Assembly: GCA_965204725.1 (NCBI GenBank)
Contig: OZ242005.1
Location: forward strand, 2,176,001-2,240,000
Length of the DNA stretch: 64,000 nucleotides
Direction: 5' to 3'
DNA from: Candidatus Latescibacterota bacterium
GTDB taxonomy: Bacteria > Latescibacterota > UBA2968 > UBA8231
This document shows positions 39,288-49,354 of this stretch, piece by piece (within the stretch, counting starts at the first letter, position 1; every line of letters starts with the position of its first letter). Below the pieces are notes generated by a model, which saw nothing but the letters and a program-made list of their open reading frames with translations, was not told the DNA's origin and did no database searches. Position numbers and translations under genes: made by a program.

Positions 39288-40364
39288 CTAGGCTTCCATT
39301 GTGGTCAGGGTACTCAGCTTGTACTCGTCGATCACCACGCCCAGCCCAGCCCCTTCAAACGGATACAAGTAGCTGCCTCGGGCCCGCACCCTTTGCACGG
39401 CCGGCGATTCAGTGTACAGCAACGGCCCCATCGGGTCGCAGGGCAAGTTGGTGTTGGGCATGGCAATGCCAACGCTGACTTGCGCTGAAGTCCCCAGCGT
39501 CGATTCTTGGTCCGTGCCGATCAGGCAGCGGAACCCGGCCGCCTCCGCGAGGGCGAAAAGCCGGCGGATATGCGTCGGGCCGCCGCAGACGCAGGCGACA
39601 TTAAAGGCCGTACAGGCCCTTCTTTCGATGGCTTCCATTCCCAAGGCTAGGCTGTTGATGTGGCAACTCACCGGCAGGTCAACGCGCCGAACAAACTCGG
39701 CCGAGACCCGCATACTGTACGAGGGCTGCTCAAAGTGATACGGCTCGTGATGGCGGAGGACATCGGCGTAGCGGAGGGCCGTCTCCCAATCGGTGAAGCG
39801 CCCGGAAAAGTCAATGGACTTGAGCTTGAGCTGGTCTTTGTAGCGGTACTTGACCTCGCTTAAGAAGTAGTCGTCGAGTTTGCTATCGCCCGACACGTAG
39901 TAGCGGAACAGGTGATGCCCCAAGTCGAACAGCCGCTGGATATAGCTCATCGCATGCGGGAGGCTCTCTTTTACCTGCCAGCCAAAGATCGGATAGCAGC
40001 AATAGAGCTTCTCCCGCATCTTGCCGCCCAAAAGCCGATAGGCTGGCACCCCTAGGAACTTGCCATTGAGATCGTAGAGTGCCATATCAATGGCCGAGGC
40101 GAGGTGGAGGTCGGTCACGGAGCTGTTGAAGGCGTGGCCGAGCAACAGCTCGTTGATCTCGGTAATAGAGCTGGGGTCCAGCCCCACCAACATCTCGTTG
40201 TACTGCCGGGCAATGGCCGCCAAATCCTCGGCGCGACTGTCGGACGCTTCGCCCCAACCTATCGGGCCGTCATCGACAAAGACCTTGACCAGCACGTGCC
40301 CGGAGAGGTGGCCGTAGTAGCGCTGGGTCGCTATCTGGAAGGTTTCTACTTTGGTGATTTTCAC
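39288..40364 (-). CDS. Mandelate racemase/muconate lactonizing enzyme family protein
   Basis: MKITKVE, GWGEA, AIDMALYDLNGK..GVP..LLGG, FEQP, GAGLGV. Confidence 0.85.
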   Translation of the reverse strand: MKITKVETFQIATQRYYGHLSGHVLVKVFVDDGPIGWGEASDSRAEDLAAIARQYNEMLVGLDPSSITEINELLLGHAFNSSVTDLHLASAIDMALYDLNGKFLGVPAYRLLGGKMREKLYCCYPIFGWQVKESLPHAMSYIQRLFDLGHHLFRYYVSGDSKLDDYFLSEVKYRYKDQLKLKSIDFSGRFTDWETALRYADVLRHHEPYHFEQPSYSMRVSAEFVRRVDLPVSCHINSLALGMEAIERRACTAFNVACVCGGPTHIRRLFALAEAAGFRCLIGTDQESTLGTSAQVSVGIAMPNTNLPCDPMGPLLYTESPAVQRVRARGSYLYPFEGAGLGVVIDEYKLSTLTTMEA

Positions 40365-40409
40365 GTACGCCTCCTTTGCTTTGTCAAAATAGACGAAAAC
40401 GAGGGCCGC

Positions 40410-42005
40410 CTACTGGTTGTAGCGGTCCCGGTACATCGCCCTGAGCGCTTCGGCCTCTTTGGGATCAAGCCCCTTCATCCACGCATGCTCTTCCTCGGCC
40501 AGCAACGCCTCTACCTGAGCGCGGTACTTGTGCTCCATGGCTTGGCTCTTGCTCGCCGCCGCTTCTACCACAGCCGGCAGGAACTCCATGTAGTAGTGCT
40601 TGGCCACTTCGTACATGCCGTGCCAATGCGTGTAGTCGGGGCCCATCATGCTGGCGCCGTGGCGGGCGCGGCGGCCTTCGTGATGCCACAGCTCCCAGAA
40701 CACCCACTGGACCTCGTGTTCAAACGGAGCGTCCGGCTTTAAGACCCCGTCGGCCTTGAGTTCGTCCATCATAAGTTTGGCCGGGCGGGCGAACTTCTCG
40801 TTGTAGAGGACGACCAAGTCGTCGAACTGCTTGTAGAAGTTATCGACGTACGTGTCGCTGTGGCAGTTGAGACAGGCCCCTTTCATCTTCTCGCGCCGCT
40901 CTTGCCAAGTGACGATTTTTTGGACCACTCGCGGCACCGTCTTGCTGACGAGTTGTTCGTTCTCCACGACCTTCTCGACCGTCTCGACGACCGCCCCCGA
41001 GTCGGGCAAGGCCCTCGTATCGGGATAGTCTTCCCTAAAGCCATCCGCAAAAATGACCAAATTCTGTTTGGTGCTAATAATCGGTCGCAAGGTCCAGCTA
41101 ATGCGCTCGCCCACGTCGTGGCTGTTGGCTTCGTACACGCCCTGCGGCGTCATGTAGCTGCTGATGTGACAGGTGGCGCACGTCGGGGCCGCCGAGTAGT
41201 CGCGGCCGAGAACCCAGTCGCCCTGCTTGTCCAGCGCCATGCGGTCGCGGTTGGCGTAGAAGGCGATGCCGTGCTTGGACTCGTTGTAAATCTCAATCTG
41301 CGGATGGTCAGGCCCCATGTGGCACTTGCCGCAGTTTTCGGGCGAGCGCGACAGCTTGGCTTGGAAGGCGTGGCGCGAGTGGCAGGCGTGGCACGACCCT
41401 TTCGAGCCGTCGGGATTGAGCCGCCCCATGCCGCTGTTGGGCCACGTGTCGGCGTCGATTACCGGCTTGTTCTCCTTGCCGGTGCGCACGATGTCGCCCG
41501 CCTCGTCGCGCTCAAAGCGCACGATGCTGCCGTGGCACTGCCAACAGCCGTTGACGGCGTCGGCGATGTTGTCCGGCAGCCCGGCCGCTTTCTCGGCGAG
41601 CACGTTGTCGAGACTGGCCAAAATTTCACCGGCGCGGGCGTGGTGGCTCACGGAAAACTGCTCAAACTCGCGGACGTGGCAGGTGGCGCAGTCCTTGGGC
41701 GTCACCAGCGCCGATACCCAAACCCCTTCGTGTTTCCATGCGTCTTCGTCCGTGCTGTTGGCCGCGTGGCAGTCGAAACACCCCACCCCTAATTCGGCGT
41801 GGCGCGACTCCTCCCATTCCATGACCAACGCCGGGCTATCTTGGCGATGGCAGGTCACGCAGGCCTCGCTCGACTGCTTGACCACCGGCCCGGGGGCCTC
41901 CTCCTCGCGGGCCATTCTCGACTCGTGGTACGCAACGACGAGCAGCGACAGCAAGAACAGAAACGAAAGAACCGCCACGATGTAGCGCTTAACCGTCAGT
42001 GTCAT
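40410..42005 (-). CDS. Octaheme cytochrome c, hydroxylamine oxidoreductase (HAO) family
   Basis: N-terminal TM; eight CxxCH motifs (CVTCH, CFDCH, CATCH, CWQCH, CHACH, CGKCH, CATCH, CLNCH); GPDHPQIEIYNESKHG; MMGPDYTHWHG. Confidence 0.9.
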   Translation of the reverse strand: MTLTVKRYIVAVLSFLFLLSLLVVAYHESRMAREEEAPGPVVKQSSEACVTCHRQDSPALVMEWEESRHAELGVGCFDCHAANSTDEDAWKHEGVWVSALVTPKDCATCHVREFEQFSVSHHARAGEILASLDNVLAEKAAGLPDNIADAVNGCWQCHGSIVRFERDEAGDIVRTGKENKPVIDADTWPNSGMGRLNPDGSKGSCHACHSRHAFQAKLSRSPENCGKCHMGPDHPQIEIYNESKHGIAFYANRDRMALDKQGDWVLGRDYSAAPTCATCHISSYMTPQGVYEANSHDVGERISWTLRPIISTKQNLVIFADGFREDYPDTRALPDSGAVVETVEKVVENEQLVSKTVPRVVQKIVTWQERREKMKGACLNCHSDTYVDNFYKQFDDLVVLYNEKFARPAKLMMDELKADGVLKPDAPFEHEVQWVFWELWHHEGRRARHGASMMGPDYTHWHGMYEVAKHYYMEFLPAVVEAAASKSQAMEHKYRAQVEALLAEEEHAWMKGLDPKEAEALRAMYRDRYNQ

Positions 42006-42041
42006 CCGAGCAACCCTCCCGATTTAGCTCCAGTGAATCAT

Positions 42042-43127
42042 TCAAGGTATGTGTCCGGTGTCGAGGCTCTCCCACACGGTCAGCGCGAGAAACCCGAGAA
42101 AGGCGACGACGCCCAGACACACCGATGCCGCGTCCGAGAAGCGCAAGCGCCTTTGCAGCCAGCTTTCGATGAAGGGCCAGAACAAAAGCACCACCAACCC
42201 CGCAGCCATCAGCAACACGCTGAGCCGCAGCGAGGTCAGCTTGAGCAGGCGAAAGCTAAAGTAGAAATACCACTCCGGTTTGATGTGCGCCGGGGTTTGC
42301 GCTGGATTGGCCGGTTCGCCGAGGCCGGCCGGAAAAATCAGCGCCAACAAGGTCAGCAGGTACATCAGCAGCACGCCGATTAGCAACTCAGTTGTAGCGT
42401 GATCGGGCCAAAAGCGAAAGAAGCGCCCCTCGTCTTGGACTTCCTCGTCGTCGAAAACCTGCTCGGTGACCCCCTGCGTTCGGACCAATGCGATGTGCAG
42501 CCCGACGAGTGCGAAGGCAATGGTCGGCAGTACGCCGATGTGGAGGATGAAAAACCGCGTCAGCGTATTCGCCCCGATTGCCTCACCGCCGCGCAACAGG
42601 TGCGCCGCGACCGTCCCCACGAGGGGCAGCGCTTCAACCAAGTTGGCCGCGACCGTCGCCCCCCAGAAGCTGAGCTGCTCGTAAACGAGCGAGTACCCAG
42701 TGAACCCGAAAGCGAGCGTCGTCAGCAGCAGGCCGACGCCCACCATCCAGTTTAGCTGGCGCGGGTGCCGGTACGAAGCGGTGAAGTAAACGCGCAGCAG
42801 ATGCAGGAACACGGCGACGATCATGAGATTGGCAGCCCACTTGTGCAGCGAGCGGATGTACCAGCCAAAGCGCACGTCGCGCGTGATCGTCTCGACGCTG
42901 GCGTACGCTTCTTCGGGCGAGGGCACGTAGTAGAACGTCAGCGCGATGCCGGTGAGAATTTGCACGATAAACAGGTACGCCACCGTGCCCCCGAGACAGA
43001 ACCACCATTTCTTGAGGTGATAGGGCACTGGCTCGGCCCCGGCATGACGCACCCACTCCCAGTCGATCGGCAACAACTCGCTCCAGCGCCGCCCGCCGGT
43101 GGAGGGGCTATCGCTCGGCGCGCTCAT
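42042..43127 (-). CDS. Cytochrome b of a Rieske/cytochrome b complex
   Basis: RSLHKWAAN, HLLRVY, LHIGVLP heme ligands, IKPEWYF Qo motif. Confidence 0.93.
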   Translation of the reverse strand: MSAPSDSPSTGGRRWSELLPIDWEWVRHAGAEPVPYHLKKWWFCLGGTVAYLFIVQILTGIALTFYYVPSPEEAYASVETITRDVRFGWYIRSLHKWAANLMIVAVFLHLLRVYFTASYRHPRQLNWMVGVGLLLTTLAFGFTGYSLVYEQLSFWGATVAANLVEALPLVGTVAAHLLRGGEAIGANTLTRFFILHIGVLPTIAFALVGLHIALVRTQGVTEQVFDDEEVQDEGRFFRFWPDHATTELLIGVLLMYLLTLLALIFPAGLGEPANPAQTPAHIKPEWYFYFSFRLLKLTSLRLSVLLMAAGLVVLLFWPFIESWLQRRLRFSDAASVCLGVVAFLGFLALTVWESLDTGHIP

Positions 43128-43591
43128 CGGGGCGCATCTACTTCGAGATAGACCACCTGATTTTCGTCATCGACAACGAGTGGAGCCGGATAGAGGTTTT
43201 GCCCGGCGTCGGCCGGCGGTCCCGAGACCGCGACGCCGTCGGCGTTAAAAACCCCGTTGTGGCAGGGGCAGAAAAAGCGCGCTGCGTCGGCCTCCCAGCG
43301 CACCTTGCACCCCAAGTGAGGACAGGTTGAGCTAAAGGCTTGAAAGCCGTCTTCGGTGCGCTTGACCAGCACCTCGTCGCCTTTGAGATCGCGGATGGGG
43401 CGCACGGCGTCCGTCGGGAACGCCTCTACCGGCCCGACGAAAATCCGCCGCTTGCGTTTTCCCGTCGGCAAAAGAAAACTCAGGGTCTGACCGGCTAAGG
43501 TGCCGTAACTGGCCAACAAGCCGACGCCCATGAGCACCGACGCCAGCCAAGAACGGCGCGAGGGCTTGCCATTGTCGTGCGTATCTGTCAT
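43124..43591 (-). CDS. Rieske 2Fe-2S subunit
   Basis: Twin-Arg (SRRSWL) plus TM, CPHLGC and CPCHNG. Confidence 0.93.
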   Translation of the reverse strand: MTDTHDNGKPSRRSWLASVLMGVGLLASYGTLAGQTLSFLLPTGKRKRRIFVGPVEAFPTDAVRPIRDLKGDEVLVKRTEDGFQAFSSTCPHLGCKVRWEADAARFFCPCHNGVFNADGVAVSGPPADAGQNLYPAPLVVDDENQVVYLEVDAPR

Positions 43592-43692
43592 ACCGGGTCT
43601 GCTTTCTCCGCGATTGGCGTGGAATTTTTCCTTATCAAGTTAAAAAAAAGGCCATGCGGGGGCGCAAGCCCTCGCGCTTAGGGCCGGCGTCC

Positions 43693-44985
43693 TCACGGCT
43701 CGGCGCGCACAATCCGCACGTCGCGCTGCGGGAACGGAATTTCGATGGCGTTCTCTTTTAGCACATCCCAAATCATAAGGAGCAAATCGGCGCGGACTCG
43801 GTTTTCCCCGTCATCAATCCCAAGCATCCAAAACTCAACTAGGATGTTGACGCCCGAATCGCCGAAGCTGCTGATTTCCGCGTCCGGCCGCTCCTCAATG
43901 GGCAACTCCGGTCCAGACAGCACCTTCGGGTGCTGGGTGACGACCTCCTTCACGAGTTGGAGCACGACGCGCAGATCCGTCTTATAGGCCACTGAAAACT
44001 CAAGGGAGTAGCGCTGTTTTTTGTTGTTGTGCGTCCAGTTGACAAAGGACAGCGTGATGAACTGTTCGTTTGGAACGATGATGTCCTTGCCGTCAAAGGT
44101 CTCCAGCGTTGCCGAGCGCATATTCAACTCGCGCAGCGTCCCGGCGCGTCCGTCGTCAAACCCAATGTAGTCGCCGGGTGTGATCGAGCGGTCAAAGAGA
44201 ATGATGATTCCAGAGATGAAATTCGCGGCGATCTTTTGCAGGCCGAACCCAAGCCCGATGCCCAGTGCGCCGCCAAACACCGCGAGCGCGGTGAGATTGA
44301 TACCCATCGCCCCAAGCAGCAACAGGAAGATGCCGGCATACAGCCCGATTTGGAACAACTTGATGACCAACTCACGCGTACCGACACCCAGCGTGTGCAG
44401 GTTGCGAATGGCTTCCTTGCCAAATGCGTTTAAGAGGCTGCCGAGCCGAAACAGCACCCCGCCCGCAACCAAGGTGCGCCCGAGCGCGAGCAGAGAAATT
44501 CGGATGCTACCAATATCGACGAGGGCAATGGCATCGAGCCACGCACTGACTTCATCAAGCAAACCAAAGCCGCGAAGCGTCTCCACGGGGATCACGAGCC
44601 ACCTGAACAGCGAGGCAACGAGCGGATTCTCGACAAAATTTGCGATGACTCGATAGAGGAGCACGACCATCGCAACGCTTTGGGCCATTTGGACCAGCCA
44701 ACTCTGGCCCACGGCCGCGACGCAGACCTCAATCGCGACGCCCAACAGCAGCACACTGAGCGCGGGAGCGGCTAGATTGCGCGTCCGATAAAGCATAGTA
44801 CGCAGGTAGAGCAGCGGCCCGGCCTTCGGCTCAGCCGCAAACCCGCGGACCCGGCTTCGGACCACTAGGCCGATCAGCAGCACGACGAGGACCGCGGCAC
44901 CCTGTTCCCCAAGCCCCGGAAGCAACGCCTCGGCGTCGGTCCGCCAGAATTGTTGCGCGTCGTCGAGAATCCCTTCAATGGTCAT
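43693..44985 (-). CDS. Small-conductance mechanosensitive channel (MscS family)
   Basis: GALGIGLGFGLQKIAANFISG, IPFPQRD. Confidence 0.92.
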   Translation of the reverse strand: MTIEGILDDAQQFWRTDAEALLPGLGEQGAAVLVVLLIGLVVRSRVRGFAAEPKAGPLLYLRTMLYRTRNLAAPALSVLLLGVAIEVCVAAVGQSWLVQMAQSVAMVVLLYRVIANFVENPLVASLFRWLVIPVETLRGFGLLDEVSAWLDAIALVDIGSIRISLLALGRTLVAGGVLFRLGSLLNAFGKEAIRNLHTLGVGTRELVIKLFQIGLYAGIFLLLLGAMGINLTALAVFGGALGIGLGFGLQKIAANFISGIIILFDRSITPGDYIGFDDGRAGTLRELNMRSATLETFDGKDIIVPNEQFITLSFVNWTHNNKKQRYSLEFSVAYKTDLRVVLQLVKEVVTQHPKVLSGPELPIEERPDAEISSFGDSGVNILVEFWMLGIDDGENRVRADLLLMIWDVLKENAIEIPFPQRDVRIVRAEP

Positions 44986-45010
44986 CTTACAAAAATCCCA
45001 TGGCGTGAAC

Positions 45011-45039
45011 TTGAAAACCAGTCAGATTGTATATACATT
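45011..45039 (+). promoter_or_regulatory. BrnTA promoter with overlapping palindromic operator
   Basis: TTGAAA-17 bp-TACATT; the TGTATATACA palindrome (45028-45037) overlaps the -10. Confidence 0.6.
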
Positions 45040-45056
45040 TTAATCGGCGACAATCA

Positions 45057-45320
45057 ATGTACGAATGGGACGAAAGCAAGCGGCAAGTCAATTTGGCCAA
45101 GCACGGCGTGGACTTTGCCGACATGAACGCCTTTGAATGGGACACCGCCGCGATCGACTCGGACGAGGAGCGCGCCGAACCGCGCTGGATCGCCATAGGT
45201 TTTATCGGCGCGGTTCTCTACTTTGTCGCCTTCACAGAGCGCGGCGACAACATCCGCATCATCAGCCTGCGCAAAGCCACTAGCAGAGAGGCCCGCAACT
45301 ATGTCGAAAGCCAAGCATGA
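45057..45320 (+). CDS. brnT: BrnT family toxin
   Basis: YEWDESKRQVNLAKHGVDF...RIISLRKA. Confidence 0.9.
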   Translation: MYEWDESKRQVNLAKHGVDFADMNAFEWDTAAIDSDEERAEPRWIAIGFIGAVLYFVAFTERGDNIRIISLRKATSREARNYVESQA

Positions 45321-45618
45321 CATCGTCCTTCCCACGCCAGCGGAAGACACAGCCATCCGCGCTGGCATCGCCGCCGACCCAGACGCACATGAGCGCACCG
45401 CCGAAGAGCTCGCTCGTATGCGCCCGGCCAGCGAGGTCGTCCCGCACATCGTCGAACGCCATCGGCGCATCCGGGGCAAACAGAAAGCTCCGACGAAAAA
45501 GCACGTATCGATTCGCCTCGACGCCGATCTCGCGGAGCATTTCCGCAGCAGCGGTCCAGGCTGGCAGACGCGGTTGAACGACGCGCTGCGGCAAGCGGTC
45601 TTTGGCGATTCGGAATGA
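45301..45618 (+). CDS. brnA: BrnA family antitoxin
   Basis: RGKQKAPTKKHVSIRLD..FRSSGPGWQTRLNDALR. Confidence 0.9.
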   Translation: MSKAKHDIVLPTPAEDTAIRAGIAADPDAHERTAEELARMRPASEVVPHIVERHRRIRGKQKAPTKKHVSIRLDADLAEHFRSSGPGWQTRLNDALRQAVFGDSE

Positions 45619-45632
45619 CGCGCCCGGCACAC

Positions 45633-46802
45633 CTAGCTCCTTTGCTTTGCCAAGCGGCTCAGTGCCGCGAGCAGCTCGTCGATTTCGGCCTCTAGCAAGA
45701 AAAAGGCGATGCTGGCGCGCAATCCTTCGCGCCCGTGTGGCAGCGGCTTGATCACCATGTTCCACTCGGCTCTGAGGGCGCGGCTTAGCTCCTCTCCCTT
45801 CCATCCCGCCAGTCCAAAGCTGACCAGCGCCGCAGACCGCTGTGGGGAGCGCGGCGTGTAGAGCACCGCACCCGGAATCTGCGCCAACCCCTCCTTTAGC
45901 CGCTCGGCCAACGCCACCGTCCGCGCCCAGATCGCCTCCAGCCCGATGGCCGATAAGTACTCGACGGCACTGGCCCAAGCCAGCACCAGCGGCCAGCACC
46001 AAGGACCGTACTGAAAGCGCTCGGCCGTCTCGTGCAGCGCGAAGGTGCCCGCCACCGGGTCCAACCACTGCTCAGCCCGGCCGCCGGCATAGCGCACCTG
46101 CACCGCGTCGAGGGCCTCCGGCCGCACGTAGAGCAACCCCGCGGCATACGGCGCGTACATCCACTTGTAGGAGAGCAAACCGGCAAAATCGCATCCCAGC
46201 GCGTCCAAGTCCAAAGGGTACAGCCCGGCCGAATGCGCCAGATCCAAAAAGCTACGCACCCCCCGCGCCCGCGCTGCCGCGCAAATCCGCTCCACGGGCA
46301 GGCGGAATCCCAAGTCGGTCGTCACGTGGCTCAGAGCCACCAGCTTGGTCCGCTCCCCCAGCCGCTCCTCCACGGCCTGCACCTGTCCATCGTCGTCGTC
46401 AATCAGCGGCACCCGGACCACCTCAACCCCATGCACATCCCGCAAGTGCAGGGCCGGCAAAAGCAGGGCCGCCTCCTCGTCCGCGCTGATCGCGATCTCG
46501 TCCCCAGCCGCCCAGTCCATCCCCCGCACGACCGTCTGAAACCCCTCGCTGACCCCCCGCATCAACGCCAGTTCCCTAGCCGCCACCCCAAAAAACCGCG
46601 CGAGCTGGTCCATCGCCGCCTTGCGCCGCGGATACTCCTCGGCTGGATAGACGATGTGCAAAGGCCCCCGCCGCACCGTCTCTTCCGTCCACCGTGCGTA
46701 CTCAGCGGCCACCGGCTCCGGCGTGATACTCACCCCCCCATTCTGGAACCAAGTGTACTGGGCTAGCGCGGGGAAGTCGCGGCGAATCGCTTGGACATCC
46801 AT
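45633..46802 (-). CDS. Class V PLP aminotransferase (cysteine desulfurase-like)
   Basis: IRRDFPAL, DLAHSAG, SYKWM. Confidence 0.85.
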   Translation of the reverse strand: MDVQAIRRDFPALAQYTWFQNGGVSITPEPVAAEYARWTEETVRRGPLHIVYPAEEYPRRKAAMDQLARFFGVAARELALMRGVSEGFQTVVRGMDWAAGDEIAISADEEAALLLPALHLRDVHGVEVVRVPLIDDDDGQVQAVEERLGERTKLVALSHVTTDLGFRLPVERICAAARARGVRSFLDLAHSAGLYPLDLDALGCDFAGLLSYKWMYAPYAAGLLYVRPEALDAVQVRYAGGRAEQWLDPVAGTFALHETAERFQYGPWCWPLVLAWASAVEYLSAIGLEAIWARTVALAERLKEGLAQIPGAVLYTPRSPQRSAALVSFGLAGWKGEELSRALRAEWNMVIKPLPHGREGLRASIAFFLLEAEIDELLAALSRLAKQRS

Positions 46803-46808
46803 GGCATG

Positions 46809-47987
46809 TCAATCCGGGGATACAACGCCGCAATAATCGGCCGCCGCCAGCGCGTACACTTGCGCCGCCCTTTCCAGCCGATCCACCTCTACCCACTCCA
46901 CATCTGCATGCGCCGTCTCGTTTGAGGGGCCGTAGTAAAAGGTCGGCACCCCCGTCCCATGGACGTATAAATTGGCGTCCCCCACAATCCGCATCCCCAC
47001 CAACTCCGCCGCTTGGCCGGTCACCTGCTCGTGCGCTCGTCCCACCGCTTGCACGGCCGCATCGCTGGCGGGCGTCTCAAAAGGCTCGCGCTCGTGCTCC
47101 ATCTCAATCCGCAGGCTCAACCTTCCAGCCTCGGCCAACGGCCGCGCTAGCTCTTTTAGCTCGGCCAATACCTCCGGCGCGGTGCGCCCCGGCAGCCAAC
47201 GCCGAGTGCCCGTCAGCGTACAGCACAGCGGCGTGCGATTGAAATAGTCGCCCCCGGCGACCATGCCTAAGTCGATTCGCTCGGGACCGGCGAGCGCGTG
47301 GGCTGGCCCAGCGTCGAGCGCGCATTGACACTGGTGGATCTGCTCAATGAGCGCCCCCACAAAGCGGAGCGGGTTCTCCGCAAAGGGCACGTACTGGGTG
47401 TGCTGACCGCCAGCGGCCGATTCGAGGGTGATGGTAAAGACCATGGACCCCATGCTCATCACCCACAGCGCGTCGCGCCCCTCGACAATCAAAATTCGGT
47501 CGCCGCCAATCCGGCCGCTGTTGCGATCGGCGATTAGGGCCAGCGGTCCGTCCTTGCGCGCTTCGGGTTCCTCGTGCCCCACAATGGCCGTCAGCCACAA
47601 GTCGCCCCGCAATTCCACCCCGCTTTCCAAAAGTGCCTTAACCGCGCCCAACGCCGCGGCCATGCCCCCCTTCATGTCGGTCGCTCCCCGTCCGTACACG
47701 CGGTTGCCTTCGCGCCGAGCGGGCGGGCAGGCCCCTACGGGAATGGTGTCGAGATGACCGTTGAGCATCAGCGCGGGGCCATCCCCTCGGCCGGCGATGT
47801 GCGCGTAGAGGTTGTTGCGCCCCGGAGTCACTTCGCGCACATCGACCGCCAAGCCGACCTCGCGCATCATGTCCTTATAGGCGCGACACACTTCGGCTTC
47901 GGCCATGGTGACGCTGTAAATATCGACCAATTCCCGGGTCCGCTCGGCCACCCATTCTCGGTCAATCGCTGCGATTAATTTTTCCAT
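46809..47987 (-). CDS. M20 family metallopeptidase/deacylase (ArgE/DapE-like)
   Basis: LNGHLDT, GRGATDMKGG, HEE, AHADVE. Confidence 0.88.
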   Translation of the reverse strand: MEKLIAAIDREWVAERTRELVDIYSVTMAEAEVCRAYKDMMREVGLAVDVREVTPGRNNLYAHIAGRGDGPALMLNGHLDTIPVGACPPARREGNRVYGRGATDMKGGMAAALGAVKALLESGVELRGDLWLTAIVGHEEPEARKDGPLALIADRNSGRIGGDRILIVEGRDALWVMSMGSMVFTITLESAAGGQHTQYVPFAENPLRFVGALIEQIHQCQCALDAGPAHALAGPERIDLGMVAGGDYFNRTPLCCTLTGTRRWLPGRTAPEVLAELKELARPLAEAGRLSLRIEMEHEREPFETPASDAAVQAVGRAHEQVTGQAAELVGMRIVGDANLYVHGTGVPTFYYGPSNETAHADVEWVEVDRLERAAQVYALAAADYCGVVSPD

Positions 47988-47989
47988 TC

Positions 47990-48150
47990 TATAGCCGTCC
48001 TACATCCTTCATACGGGATGTTCTGGATGGAGTTTTGGGTATGAGATACTTCGCTGCGCTCAGTATGACAAGGTCTGGGGTACGAAGCCCTCGTCTCGGT
48101 GTCATGCTGAGCGTAGCATAGCGCAGTCGAAGCATCTCTACACGCTTGCA
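47990..48150. mobile_element. MITE/REP-like element, family A, copy 3 (right TIR missing)
   Basis: TATAGCCGTCCTACAT left end and the same internal hairpin; diverges after CTTGCA. Confidence 0.75.
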
Positions 48151-48253
48151 TCGCCGGTAGGCGGGGCCTTCTTTAGGCCCTAATATAAATGATGACGAAA
48201 CGACGGCACGACGAACCGCTGCGATTGAACCTTCACAACCGCGAGGAAGTAAT

Positions 48254-49354
48254 ATGCCAACATTGAAGAATATCAAGATCAGGGGCTTTCGGTCCATTAA
48301 AGAAACGACGCTGGAACTTAGGCCGCTCAATGTTTTGATCGGCGCCAACGGGGCGGGTAAGAGCAACCTGATTGCCTTCTTCAAGCTAGTAAATGAACTA
48401 ATGGGCGGACGGCTTCAGCAGCATATTGGGGCGACCGGGCGGGCCACGGCCAACTTGCATTTTGGCCCGAGGCGAACCCCTCAATTGGAAGCGGAGATGG
48501 CGTTTGAGGTAGAGAATGGAACAGACACCTATCGGATGCGGCTGTTCCACGCGGCCGGTGATTCGATGATTTTTGCCGAAGAGACGCTTTCCTGCCAGCA
48601 AACAAATTTTTCGCGCCCAAAGGTCGTATCGCTGGGGATGGGTCATCAGGAAACGCGGATTGGCGACGAGGCTGAAAGGGACGAACCTACGGCAAAAGCA
48701 CTCAGGCATTTGCTGAACCGCTGTCGCGTCTATCACTTCCACGATACCTCGCCGGCTTCGAGAGTCCGGCAGTATTGTTACGTCGGCGACAATCGCTGGC
48801 TGATGCCCGATGCGGCGAATTTGGCCGCGATCCTACATGAACTGAAGTCCAGCAAAGAAACGGTGTATCGCCGGATCGTGAGGACCATTCGGCAGGTGGC
48901 CCCGTTCTTTGCAGACTTTGATCTAGAGCCGACCGACTCCAAAGACATCATTCTCAATTGGCGGCACTGCGAGTCCGATCGCGTTTTTGGTCCCCATCAA
49001 CTCTCGGACGGTACACTGCGGGCCATCTGCCTGATTTCGCTGTTGTTACAGCCCAAGGAAAATCTCCCCTATCTGATTGTGGTGGATGAACCGGAACTCG
49101 GATTACACCCCTACGCGCTCAATGTGATTGCCTCGCTGATTCGCGCCGCAAGCCACCATACGCAGGTTCTCGTCAGCACGCAGTCCAGCGCGTTTCTCGA
49201 CAGCTTTGAGCCGGAGGACATCGTGGTCGTTGAGCTAAAGAATGCAGCTACGGAGTTCGACCGGCTAGAGGCCGAAAAGCTCAACGCATGGTTGAAGGAC
49301 TACTCGCTCGGGGAAATCTGGGAGAAAAACGTCATTGGCGGAGGGCCGCACTGA
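48254..49354 (+). CDS. AAA_21/ABC-type ATPase (defence-associated)
   Basis: GFRSI, GANGAGKSN, LSDGTLR, DEPELGLHP, STQS, LGEIWEKN. Confidence 0.88.
   Translation: MPTLKNIKIRGFRSIKETTLELRPLNVLIGANGAGKSNLIAFFKLVNELMGGRLQQHIGATGRATANLHFGPRRTPQLEAEMAFEVENGTDTYRMRLFHAAGDSMIFAEETLSCQQTNFSRPKVVSLGMGHQETRIGDEAERDEPTAKALRHLLNRCRVYHFHDTSPASRVRQYCYVGDNRWLMPDAANLAAILHELKSSKETVYRRIVRTIRQVAPFFADFDLEPTDSKDIILNWRHCESDRVFGPHQLSDGTLRAICLISLLLQPKENLPYLIVVDEPELGLHPYALNVIASLIRAASHHTQVLVSTQSSAFLDSFEPEDIVVVELKNAATEFDRLEAEKLNAWLKDYSLGEIWEKNVIGGGPH

Noticed and set aside
40410-42005. Evidence of ammonia oxidation or anammox
   Set aside because: No amo, cycAB or hzs genes here; HAO-family octahemes are widespread and often reductive.
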